23,274 nucleotides of DNA. It comes from Octopus sinensis (taxonomy: Eukaryota). The stretch is taken from positions 1 through 23,274 of the forward strand of contig NW_021836698.1 of NCBI RefSeq assembly GCF_006345805.1, written 5' to 3'. Position 1 is the first letter of the stretch, and each line of letters starts with the position of its first letter. The notes under the pieces were generated by a model. That model did no database searches and was not told the DNA's origin. It saw only the letters and a program-made list of their open reading frames with translations. Position numbers and translations under genes: made by a program. Positions 1 through 10,688 of the stretch are shown here, piece by piece.

Positions 1-700
1 GCAAAGCTGATGAGGATAAAGAGAACGAAAAAGGGAAGGAAGCCGAAAGTCTCTGTGATCGAGGGGTTCCTCAGGAAATGGATCACCTACCCCGGTGAAC
101 GACCAGGCAGTGAAGGATAGGGGAGCCAAGGGAACAGAAACCGGAAGTTCCCCTGTACCAGTGGTCCTACGAAGAAATGAAAAATTAGAAAAACAGAAGA
201 AAAAAGGAAGGACCGAAAATAAAAATAAGGAGGGAAAAGGAGGAAAAGGCAAAACAACCAACGCTGAAACCCCAACCCACCACACAAACAGCAGAGAACC
301 CCATGGAGGATCCAATGCCACTCAGTACACTTCAGGAAAGAAGAAATCTGGAAGGCACCGAAGAACCTGTAAGTCTACCTGCGGGGCAAATGTTGGCATG
401 GTGAGGACGGCAAAAACGCCGGTTCGCCCACCGACACCCGCAAGAACTTCAGGGGACTCAAAGAGAAAAACTTTACGAGGGAACACAGAGAAATGTCTCC
501 CAGGAAAAACATTCAAAAACGAAGTGCGCTCTTCAGATGTTCTGCGCAATGCAGCAGCTGAGCAAGAGTCTTTTTTATGCATGGCGCAAAGAATTGTCCG
601 GCAGCTAACCTGGCTACACCAAGCACAGAGAAGGAACCCTGCCCACCACTATGCAAGACCACCACAGTCAACATACACGGGATGGCCTCCCCTAACGCCT
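1..700 (+). pseudogene. Probable CR1 ORF1 remnant (Lys/Glu-rich, degenerate CCCH-like knuckle near 365-430)
   Basis: Directly upstream of the APE domain; K/E-rich; restoring two 1-nt losses gives TCKFYLRGKCWHGEDGKNCRFAH (C-x7-C-x8-C-x3-H). The reconstruction is inference. Confidence 0.5.
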
Positions 701-1047
701 GCACAGCCGTCACCCCAATACTCTTACTAAATATTGGGGGCCTGTTGCATCAAAATAGAAACAAAATTTCTTTCCTGAGAGATCTTACTGCATGCAATCA
801 AGCCCTATGCATATCACTTGTGGAAACTCACCTCAACCATGATATAGAGGATGCAGAAGTACACATACCAAACTACGCCATACTGCGAACAGACAGAAGG
901 GAAAGGAGCCATGGTGGAGCTGCTGTATACATCCGAGATGACCTCACACCCCAGGTTTGATGACATACTCAAATCCGGTATGTGACACTTTAATTGTATA
1001 CATAAGACAACATAATATAGTCATATGCACTACATATTGCCCACCGG
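700..1047 (+). pseudogene. Apurinic/apyrimidinic endonuclease domain remnant of LINE ORF2
   Basis: ORF 577..960 encodes PILLLNIGGLL...ISLVETHLNHDIEDAEVHIPNYAILRTDRRERSHGGAAVYIRDDL; after a frameshift it continues to ...YCPP (canonical YRPP motif) at about 1035-1046. Confidence 0.88.
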
Positions 1048-2304
1048 TTGCCCCAGCTCTTACAACATTATGACTGGGTGTTGAGGCAGTTACTCAACAA
1101 ATCAAATGTGGACGTAATCTACCTCAGTTTTGCAAAAGCTTTTGACAAGGTGAATCATGGTATGGTATGCCACAAACTGCGTGACCTCGGCATAGCTGGA
1201 AAACTTGGAGTGTGGTTACATAACTTCCTGAAAGATAGGAGTCAGGCAGTAGTGGTTAATGTAGTCACCTCTATGAACACACAAATAGTGAGCGGTGTTC
1301 CACAGGGCACTGTCTTGAGACCACTGCTTTTTATAGTGACCCTCTCAGATATGCCCTCAAGTGCCCGGATAGCCACTCTGTCCAGCTATGCAGACGATAC
1401 GAAAGTCTCGCTGAAAATACAGAACCCCAGCGATGTTGCCCACCTGCAGCAGGAGTTGGACTCAATCTACAGATGGGCTGAGGATAATAATATGCATTTT
1501 AATGCTGAAAAATTCCAGGCCCTGCGCTACTAGCATCCAAAACTGAATATTAAACTTACAGGATACACCGGTCCACAAGGAATTTCAATCACAGAGCCTA
1601 AGTCTGTGAGGGACCTGGGTATCGACATGAATGATGATACCTCTTTCCAAGTGCACATTACCAGGATGGCGACAAAGTGCAGACGACTGGCTGGGTGGAT
1701 CCTAAGAACATTCAGAACCAGAGATAAGGAAACCATGATGGTCCTCTGGCGGACATTCGTCCTCAGCCGCCTGGATTACTGCTCAGAGCTATGGTCACCC
1801 ACCAGTGTAAAATTAACAGCGGACCTTGAAGCAACCCAGAGAAGATTCACAAAGAAGATCGTCTCTTTGCAACAGCTCAGCTACTGAGAAAGGTTGAAAC
1901 AGCTAAGACTCTACTCCCCGGAGAGAAGACGGGAGAGGTATGCAGTAATACATGTCTGGAAGATCCTGGAAGAAATTGTGCCAAATTTTGGCATTGTAAG
2001 CTACACCACTGCTTGAACGGGACGACACTGCATAGTGCCAAAGATCCCAGCAATACCATCACGCTTTAAGACCAGCGTCGGCAACAGCCTGGGTTTCAAG
2101 GGCCCACGGCTTTTTAATATTCTCCCAAAGAGTCTGAGGAACTTGCACAAAGTAGATGTAGCGGTTTTTAAATCAAAGCTGGACATCTTCTTGTCGAGAG
2201 TCCCAGATGAACCTACCTCACGGCAAGAGGTGCAAATGAGAGTAGCTGTATCAAACTCCATTCTTCACCAAGTGCCACATATTAGACGAGGTTCTTCGCA
2301 ATAA
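1048..2304 (+). pseudogene. Reverse transcriptase and C-terminal remnant of LINE ORF2 (several stops)
   Basis: ORFs 1048..1533, 1606..1887 and 2035..2304 are collinear pieces of one CR1 ORF2, separated by in-frame stops and indels. Confidence 0.92.
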
Positions 2305-2377
2305 CAGTGTAGCACAAGACGGCGGTGCATTAGCATGGCCGCAGCTCTGAGCTGAAACTAGAGAAAAAAAGAAAGAA

Positions 2378-2420
<43 letters not shown>

Positions 2421-2535
2421 GGCTCGAAACGTAAAAGACTTGTTTTATTTATATTCCTGAGCGCCATACTAATACAATTGTTTGTTTGTACTCCACCTGC
2501 CTTCGTCTTGTGTTTATTTTCATATAGCTTCCCCT

Positions 2536-2603
<68 letters not shown>

Positions 2604-2838
2604 TATGAGAGAAAGTTGGTGTGTGAAAGCAGTGGTTGAATATATAGAAAATAGTAAAAAGTGAAAAAACTACAGAAGGCTTGTTTTAAAAGGTTAAAAA
2701 ATATATATTTGAGTCATTATGTCAGAAGAATGTTATAAATTTTTTTCATACAGTGACATAGTTTTTGAAGAAATTACCGGTTTCGTGTTTAACTTTTCAA
2801 ATTTCAATGGCTGAGTTCCGGTGGATCAAGTATTTTGA

Positions 2839-3696
2839 GGCCATGCGGACAATGCCAAATTCAATATTTTGGTGGCAGACCTCGTCAGAATAATGAGAAA
2901 TGTGTCACGCATGTGCGAGCCCACAGAGTTAAAGAGACACATACAATATTTCATTCACCGCATGCAGTTCTCAGGTTACAGCCATAAAGAAAGGATCAGA
3001 GTATACAAAGGAGCCATGAAGACATTTGATAATATATTATGTAATGATAGGAATGGGATTTGCCCACTCTATAGGAACAAGTCATGGAACACTATAGAAA
3101 GGACAAAAAAGAAAATAGGGAAGGCCAACTCTTGATATGGTAGCCATAAATACCAGAGTGTCATGTTCGTTGACACCACCCCAGGAGGTGAACTGGCGTA
3201 CCGCTTTAGAAGGACCCTAGACAAACTTAAGCTAAGAATTAAGGTTGTTGAAAAGCCAGGCAACCCTATCAAATCTATAATTGGTAGAATCTATCCTTTT
3301 AGTAGAACCCCCTGGACGGATAAATACTGTACTGTATGTAGATTTAGCTCACAAACAAACTGTAAAGCCAGAAATGTAGTCTATAGTATAAGATGTATAG
3401 AGGGACGATGCAGTAACAAGACAACGACATACATAGGGGAAACGGCAAGAAGCATAGGAGAGCGGGTAAACGGATATTGGAGACAACCTAAAGAAGGTAA
3501 AAGCTCATCGATTCTCTACCAACACGCCGAACAGGAACACGGGGGATCAATCAATAACATAGAAATTAAAATATTGTCCACACATAGAACAGATGCAACA
3601 ATTAGACAAATTACAGAAGCTACACACATAATAGAAAATAAACCTAGCCTGAATAGAAAACTAGAATGGAGCACTAACACACACCACAACATATGA
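2839..3696 (+). pseudogene. PLE polyprotein C-terminal part (RT thumb + GIY-YIG endonuclease), interrupted by one in-frame TGA
   Basis: ORFs 2869..3135 and 3163..3696 are in the same frame, separated only by TGA at 3133-3135 (probably TGG/Trp originally, context ANS*YGSHKY). Confidence 0.88.
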
Positions 3697-4095
3697 CGAG
3701 AGAGGATCCTGAAAACATAATAAATACACAGATAAATAAACTAATAGAAATAAATAACTATATATATATATATTTTTTTTGATTCGATTTATTATTATTA
3801 TTACTAGCATTGTTGTTATACATACATACATACATACATACAAGCATATGTAATGATAATAATAAGTGGATGTAAACACATGAACAAAATAAGAATAAAC
3901 AAAAACAAAATACAAATTACATGAACATATATAAACAGAAGATACAAATATTACAGGCATCCCCCCACATACACACACTAAATAAACATAGACGCACATA
4001 GAGATATAAGCATGCGCAAATGAAGACATACAATAGAAATACAAAATGGCTGACGGTTAGTAAGGAGAGACACAAATAAGTAAGAAGAAAACAAA

Positions 4096-4140
4096 GGACC
4101 AGTGATGCGGTCACAGGAGTGTGACGAAAGAACTCTGGCC
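4096..4140 (+). ncRNA. Degenerate minimal type I hammerhead ribozyme of the PLE 3'/pLTR region
   Basis: GGACCA (stem I) - GTGATGC (cf. CUGAUGA) - G GTCAC aggagt GTGAC (stem II) - GAAA - GAAC - TC (cleavage site) - TGGCC (stem I'). Module order is canonical but the core is mutated. Confidence 0.6.
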
Positions 4141-4258
4141 GAAATAAGATTAAGTTTAATGTAAAAAATAAATAACACTGAAGCAAAATAACACCAAATA
4201 TATAGTGCGTGTGTTTTTATTGGCTAAACTGGCAATATGACCATTCCGAAATATAAAA

Positions 4259-4300
<42 letters not shown>

Positions 4301-4350
4301 TATATATATCTATATATATATATATATACATACATATATATATATATATA

Positions 4351-4999
4351 ACAAGAGAGAAGGAGAAACTGATGGTCCTATGGAAAACATTCGTCCTCAG
4401 CCGCTTGGACTACTGCTCCCAACTATGGTCACCACACAATATAAAACTAACAGCAGAACTCGAAGCAATTCAGAGAAGCTACACAAAGAAAATCGTCTCA
4501 ATGCAAATTATCAGCTACTGGGAAAGACTGAAAGTATTAAGCCTCTTCTCCCTAGAGCGGAGGCGGGAGAGATATGCGGTGATATACATCTGGAAAATCC
4601 TGGAGGGTCTTGTCCCAAACTTTGGCATTCAAAGTTATCCCAACCGCAGAACGGGCCGCCACTGCATGGTGCCAAAGATTCCAACATCACCATCAAAATA
4701 CAGGTCCAACAGCTTGGGTTTCAGAGGACCACAGCTCATTAACATCCTCCCTAAATGCCTACGAGACTTACATGGTGTGGATTTCTTTAAAACTAAACTG
4801 GATCTCTTCTTGTCGGGAGTCCCAGATGAACCTACCTCACGACAGGAGACGCGGATGCGGGCAGCAGCATCGAACTCCCTTGTTGATCAAGTGCCACGTA
4901 TCAGAGGTGGATTCACATATTAGTGTAGCTCATTCAGCGGTGGTGCCCCAGCATGGCCGCAGCCTTCGGCTAAAACATTTTTAAGGATTTAAGGATTTA
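4351..4999 (+). mobile_element. CR1-clade LINE copy 2, 5'-truncated
   Basis: LMVLWKTFVLSRLDYCSQLWSP...ERRRERYAVIYIWKILEGLVPNFG...VPDEP; tail GGTGCCCCAGCATGGCCGCAGCCTTCGGCTAAAAC followed by 8-nt repeats (TTTAAGGA)x2 + TTTA. Confidence 0.92.
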
Positions 5000-5003
5000 T
5001 ATA

Positions 5004-5004
<1 letters not shown>

Positions 5005-5054
<50 letters not shown>

Positions 5055-5055
5055 T

Positions 5056-5086
<31 letters not shown>

Positions 5087-5307
5087 ATATAGATATATAC
5101 ACACACACACACATATATATATATATACACCACACACACACACACACACACATATATAATACATACACACACACACACATATATATAATATACCCCACAC
5201 ACACACCATATATATATATATACACACACCACACACACACATATATATATATACACACCAACAACACATATATATAGATACACACACACACACACCAAAC
5301 ACAACAC

Positions 5308-5343
<36 letters not shown>

Positions 5344-5492
5344 CCAATATATATATATATGTACACATACATATATATATATTATATGTACACATACATA
5401 TATATATATATACATACATTTATATATATATTTACACATACATATATATATATATTTACACATACATATATATATATATATATATACATACA
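5005..5492. repeat. Compound (TA)n/(CA)n/(TACA)n microsatellite array
   Basis: Continuous low-complexity dinucleotide and tetranucleotide tract. Confidence 0.95.
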
Positions 5493-6462
5493 TGCAAATA
5501 TTCACGTAATCCTTGTTACGAAACTTTTCACTCTCTCGCCCGATCTTTTGCATTGATGTAGAAAAAAAACCCCATTTATTTTCTGTAGCATTCATTTTGT
5601 GACAAGTTGCAGCGAATGCACATTCCGTGTGCACATGATACCAAATTGCTTTGAGACTGTCCCCCTTCTTTTTTCTCTATTTTCTTTTTTTCTCTCTACT
5701 ATCTTTTTTCTATTCTCCCCCAAGACATCATTTTCGCTCTCGCCCCTCCTCTTGCGCTCATCTCAGTCGGCAAGGTAACTTGTCAAGATGAGTGACGTTA
5801 TATTTCAATTGATAGCTGTGTCACGCATTGCAAGAACTCCATGCACACATACGCATTCACCAACTTATATACACACATAAAATGCGTATGGTTGCATAAA
5901 CGTGTATGAAATCTATTTATCTATATAATTGACATTTCTGTGATTACGATCCCTATTGATCAACTTTCTTTTTCCTCTCCTGAGTATTCGGCTGAATACT
6001 GTATTCCCTCTCAGTTGGGTTCCAGTTAACGCCTAACCCCATCGATCAGTATATAACGTCTGTGATTACATTTAGTTGTTAGCCACTTTGTAAAATTCTT
6101 TCGTTGGGTAATTCCGTGTTCTCTTCAGCGGAAACACGTGTAAACCATTACAATATACTGTATATAACTATAAAATATATTTTGTGGATGTACAAGTCTC
6201 CATACTCTTTATTATTATTATCATCATCGTCATCATTATTATTATTATTAACATACGCACATACACTCACACATTTACATATGCACAAGTAGGAAGAAGT
6301 ACTGAAAATTTCCTGACTTTAAAGGTATAGCGAAAGGTCTGGCTGGAGGCCCAAACTTCCCAAAAACTGAAGGACCACTGCATTAGGTGAGTGAATCTAA
6401 GAGGGGAATATGTGGAATAAAATCATAATTAACTGCTCCTCCAATATTTTATATATATATCC

Positions 6463-6818
6463 TTTTATTATTTTATTTATTTCAGTCATTTGACTGCAGC
6501 CATGATGGAGCACCGCCTTTAGTCGAAAAAATTGACCCCAGGTCTGGAACTTATTTTATCGGTCTCTTTTGCCGAACCGCTAAGTTACGGGGACGTAAAC
6601 ACACCAACATCGGTTGTAATGCTATGGTGGGGGACAAAAACAGACACACACACACATATACACGACAGGCTTCTTTCAGTTTTCCTCTACCAAATCCACT
6701 CACAAGGCTTTGGACGACCCGAGGCTATAGTATAAGACACACACTTGCTCAAGGTTCCACGCAGTTGGACTGAACCCGGAACCATGTGGTTGGTAAGCAA
6801 GCTACTTACCACACAGCC
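6463..6818 (-). mobile_element. tRNA-derived SINE family A, copy 1 (CR1-like tail)
   Basis: Minus strand: GGCTGTGTGGTAAG (A-box region) ... GGTTCAGTCC (B-box-like) ... CCTTGAGCAAG ... central (TG)n ... GGCGGTGCTCCATCATGGCTGCAGTCAAATGACTGAAA + A-rich tail; collinear with four other copies in the window. Confidence 0.88.
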
Positions 6819-8143
6819 CAAAGCTGTGGCCATGCTAGGACACGCCATTTTTCTACACTGTTATAACTGACAGCCTCCTCTGATACGCGGCCTTTGCTGA
6901 GTAAGGGAGTATGATGTTGCTGTCCTCATTTGCGCCCCATGTCTCGAGGTGTGTTCATCTGGAACTCAACAGGAAGCGATCAAGTTTTGTTTTGAAAACA
7001 TCTACATCTACTCTGTGTATGTTCATCAGGCTCTTTGGGAGAATATTAAAAAGTTTTGGACCCTTGAAACCTAGGCTGTTGCAGTAACGGGTCCTGAAGC
7101 ACGACGGCATTGTTGGGATCTTTGGCACAGTGCTGTGGCGACCCGTTCTGGCATTTGTGTCGCTTCCAATGCCAAAATTTGGCACGATTCCTTCCAGGAT
7201 CTTCCAGATGTATATTAATGCATACCTCTCCCGCCTTCGCTCCAGGGAGTAGAGTCTTATCTGTTTCAGCCTTTCCCAGTAGCTGAGCTGTTGCAATGAG
7301 ACGATCTTCTTTGTGAAGCTTCGCTGGATTGCTTCAAGGTCCGCTGTTAATTTTACAGTGACGTGACCATAGTTGGGAGCAGTAATCCAAGCAGCTGAGG
7401 ACGAATGTCCGCCAGAGGACCACCATGGTTTCCTTTTCTCTGGTTCTGAAGGTTCTCAGGATTCAGCCAACCAGCCGTCTGCTCTTTGTCGCCATCCTGG
7501 CAATGTGCACTTGGAAAGCGGTATCATCACTCATGTCGATACCCAGGTTACGGACTTATTTAGGTTCTGAGATTGTAATCCCCACTGAGCTAGTGTACCC
7601 TGTAAGTTTTTCGTTCAGTTTTGTGTGCTGGTATCGCAGGGCTTTGAATTTTCAAGCATTAAACTGCATATTATTGTTCTCAGCCCATCTGTAAATTGAG
7701 TTCAACTCCTGCTGCAGTTGTGCAACATCTCTAGGATTTAGTATTTTCTGCGAGACTTTCGTATCGTTTGCATAGCTAGCAAGGATGGCTATCTGGGCAG
7801 CTGAGGGCATATCTGAGAAGGCCACTATGAAAAGCAGTGGTCTCAAGACAGTGCCCTGTGGAACACCTATCACTATTTGTGTTTCCTTTGAGGTGGCTCC
7901 ATAGGCTACCACTGCCTGACTTCTGTCTTTCAGAAAGCCATGTAACCATTCTCCAAATTTTCCAGCTATACGATGATCGCGCAGTTTGTGGCATATCATA
8001 CCATGATCAACTTTATCAAAAGCTTTTGCAAAGTCAAGGTATATTACGTCCACAATTGTGTTGTCGAGTAACTGCTTCAACACCCAGTTACAGTGCTGTA
8101 CGAGCTGTCAGATCTGCTACTACCAACCGAGCCTTCGCGAAGG
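6814..8143 (-). mobile_element. CR1-clade LINE copy 3, 5'-truncated
   Basis: Minus ORFs 7652..8083 (DVIYLDFAKAFDKV, VPQGTVLRPLLF, YANDTK) and 6955..7296; tail GGCGTGTCCTAGCATGGCCACAGCTTTGGGCTG at 6814-6846; high nucleotide similarity to copy 1 by eye. Confidence 0.93.
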
Positions 8144-8386
8144 AAGAGAGAGAAAGAAAATATCCTACCTATTTGAAGACTGGAAATATTTACAAAACAT
8201 TTCATTTTTTTCAATTGAAAGATTTTCCTTCTTAATATCAACCTTAGGTTTTACTCTTAGTTGAAAACGTCGAAAAGACCGACACCGGAACGAAACGTTA
8301 CAAAATGGATTTCATGACAAAATTATTTTAGCATTTTTTACCTTGTCTTATTTTCCTTATGCATATCAACACGTGCATTACTTTTC

Positions 8387-8450
8387 TACATACATACATA
8401 CATACATACATACATACATACATACATACATACATACATACATACATACA
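8387..8450. repeat. Perfect (TACA)16 microsatellite
   Basis: 64-nt tetranucleotide run between CR1 copies 3 and 4. Confidence 0.97.
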
Positions 8451-10196
8451 TCTTTTCTTTTATCTTTTACGGGTTTCAGCCAGAGGCTGAGGCCATGCTG
8501 GTGCACCGCTTTTACTGCATCCGGGTATTTTTCCAGTATTGTTTCTGGTGAAGTAGCGAGTTGGAAGTTGCCGATCTTCTTTTTGTCTCTTCCCGCGCTG
8601 TGGGTTCATCCGGAATTGCAGATAAAAAGAACTGTCTAGACGTTTTTTTAAGAATCCATGTCTACACCTCGCATATCCTGATGTTCTGTGATAGGGCATC
8701 AGAAAGTAGTGGTCCCTTGAATCCCAAGCTATTTCAATATTGGGTTCGTACCCTCGATGGAGAAGATGGGACCTTTGGTCTGTGCAGTGCCGTCCAGTTC
8801 AGGTATTGTTGAAGGTTTCGATTCCAAAATTTGGATCAAGACCCTTCACTGTATTCCATATGTATAGCACTGCATATCTCTCATGTGTCCTCTTCAGGGA
8901 GAAGAGTCCCAGTTCCTTTAACCTCTCCCAGTAGCTCATGTGTTTTACTGAATCTATCTTTGTGTAGTGGCGTTGGATTGTCACTAATTCCGCTATTAGT
9001 TTTACGCTCTGTGGTGACCACAGTTGGGAGCAGCAGTCCAGACGACCGAAGACAAAGGTTCTCCAAAGCAGAAGCATTGTGTCTCTGTTCCTGAAGGATC
9101 TCAGGATCCAACATGCTACCCGCCTCCATAGTGTTGGCATTTGAGCAATGTGCACATGGAAAGTTGTGTCGTTGCTCACGTGGATTCCCAGGTGGCGCAA
9201 CGACTAACTTTGGGATTATATTGCCTGCTGGTCCCGTGTACTTCAGTTCTAGTTTTTTGTGGGCTGATAGTGGAGTGCTTGAAATTTTGCGGCATTGAAC
9301 TGCATATTATTCTCATCTGTCCACTTATATATTGTGTTCAGGTCATTCTGCAGTCTTAGGATGTCAGTAAGAGCCTTGACTGCCTGGATACTTTCGTATC
9401 GTCGGCGTAGCTGGTGAGTGTCCGAGAGAGCAACCACAAACAGTAATGGTCCCAGCATTGTTCCATGGGGCACTCCGCTGAGGATTAGTGTCACTTCGGA
9501 GAAAGCACCATTTACTGTGACAGCCTGTTTTCTGCCCTTCAGAAGATCATGCAGCTACTCTCCCAGTTTATCAGCGATATGGAGGTCACGTAATTTAGGA
9601 CTTATCATCCCGTGATAGACTTTGTTAAAGGCCTTAGCAAAGTCGAGATATATCACATCAACATTTGAACGGTTGAGCTGTTGTTTTAGTTCCCAGTTGA
9701 AATACTTTTGTAGCTGTGTTTGGCAGCTCCTTCCAAGACGGAAGCCATGTTGCGTGTCTGTAAGCAAGTCATTTTCCTTTAAAAACGTGGTCAGCCTTTT
9801 TCTGACAATGCATTCCATGATCCTGCTAACATGTGAGGTCAGAGAGGTAGGCCTGTTGTTTATATATCTCCTCTCCCTCCTCCTTTGTGGACAGGGCAGA
9901 TTATTCCTTTTAATATTTGAGGAAATGTACCGCATTTGCATTGGTTTTGCAAGAGCTCTCTCGCATGATTTTAACAAAATTGCCGCCAGTCCATCTGGGC
10001 CTGTTGCAGAGTTTGAGTTTATCTCGTCAATGGCCTCTTGACACACATACATCCTCTTCTGTAATGTAAATGCAATCGATGATCGCCTTTTTCTCTTGTA
10101 GGTTGGAAGTGCCGAAGAACTCATATCAGGTCTGCTTATTTCCACGTTTTCTAGTGGAGAGGTGAAAACACTCTGGAATTGTTTATTGAGTACTTC
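8451..10196 (-). mobile_element. CR1-clade LINE copy 4, 5'-truncated, more diverged
   Basis: Minus frames: EVLNKQFQSVFTSP, NSNSATGPDGL, RPTSLTSHVSRIMECIV, QHGFRLGRSC, DVIYLDFAKAF, SGVPHGTMLGPLLF, RLDCCSQLWSP; tail GCGGTGCACCAGCATGGCCTCAGCCTCTGGCTGAAAC + A-rich run at 8451-8510. Confidence 0.92.
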
Positions 10197-10254
10197 ACAT
10201 CATCTTGGGATAGTACATGTATACGTACAGTTGTCTGTATATGTGTGCGTACAG

Positions 10255-10303
<49 letters not shown>

Positions 10304-10384
10304 ATATATATGTATATATATGCATAAACATTAGGGTATTTCATGTATGCCACGAACTTATTACCTTCTAAGCATCATCACATA

Positions 10385-10619
10385 TTGGGTTGGTGCAAAA
10401 TATTTGCTTCTTTTTTTCAACAAATTTTATTCAACAAAAACAATAACAAAAAACATCTTTAAATGATTATTCCGGAGCATATTCGTCATCTACTTCAATT
10501 ACTGCTTCCCATTTGCTTGGCAGACGACCAGACCGTCATTTAAAGATGTTTTTGTTAGATATTGTTATTGTTGAATACAATTTGTTGAAAAAAGAAGCAA
10601 TAATAATACACCAACCCAA
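10385..10619. mobile_element. Mariner-derived MITE, about 82-84-bp TIRs, TA target-site duplication
   Basis: TA|TTGGGTTGGTG ... CACCAACCCAA|TA; arms 10385-10466 and 10536-10619; the spacer encodes, on the minus strand, GRLPSKWEAVIEVDDEYAPE*, resembling a mariner transposase C-terminus. Confidence 0.88.
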
Positions 10620-10688
10620 TATATATATAGACGCACATACCCATATGTATTGTTTGGTACATATATTTTAAGTAAGACGCGTTCGTCG

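Larger units (their letters stand above)
1..2378 (+). mobile_element. CR1-clade non-LTR retrotransposon, copy 1 (decayed, internally deleted; ORF1 remnant, APE, RT, 3' tail)
   Basis: APE motifs (LLNIGGL, ISLVETHL, RTDRRERSHGGAAVYIR), RT motifs (DVIYLSFAKAFDKV, SGVPQGTVLRPLLF, YADDTK), CR1-type C-terminus (VLSRLDYCSELWSP, LEATQRRFTK); 3' tail GGCGGTGC..AGCATGGCCGCAGCTCTGAGCTGAAAC at 2321-2358 followed by an A-rich run. The 5' end lies outside the window. Confidence 0.93.
2837..4260 (+). mobile_element. Penelope-like element (PLE), 5'-truncated, EN+ (GIY-YIG)
   Basis: RT thumb/linker (NILVADLVRIMRN, RMQFSGYS, PLYR..W, VMFVDTTPGGELA), Cys-rich linker (CTVC...C) and GIY-YIG (NVVYSIRC...TYIGETARS...ER...HAEQEH); A-rich 3' region containing a hammerhead-like motif. 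Both boundaries are approximate. Confidence 0.88.

Noticed and set aside
8-31. CTGATGA...GAAA hammerhead-like words
   Set aside because: No stem II between them, and the site lies in the purine-rich ORF1 region.
95-730. 211-aa ORF 95..730 and overlapping antisense ORFs across the LINEs
   Set aside because: A frameshifted mosaic of LINE ORF1 or shadow frames of ORF2; no independent gene evidence.
4981-5634. Long ORFs such as 4981..5634, 4997..5419, 14557..14989, 11412..11720 and 3661..4044
   Set aside because: They are translations of (TA)n/(CA)n/(TG)n tracts ([12 protein letters not shown]), which lack stop codons; they are not genes.
5722-5780. Polypyrimidine tract + AG ... CAAG|GTAACT possible exon
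   Set aside because: The pyrimidine tract is low-complexity and no frame gives a convincing peptide.
6350-6382. ...CCAAACTTCCCAAAAACTGAAGGACCACTG resembling a hAT-MITE terminus (CAGTGGT...)
   Set aside because: No matching partner end or 8-bp TSD was found.
8255-8300. ...GACCGACACCGGAACGAAACGTT, reminiscent of a second PLE-type hammerhead end (CGAAACGTT)
   Set aside because: No CUGANGA-like core or convincing stems; too degenerate to support.
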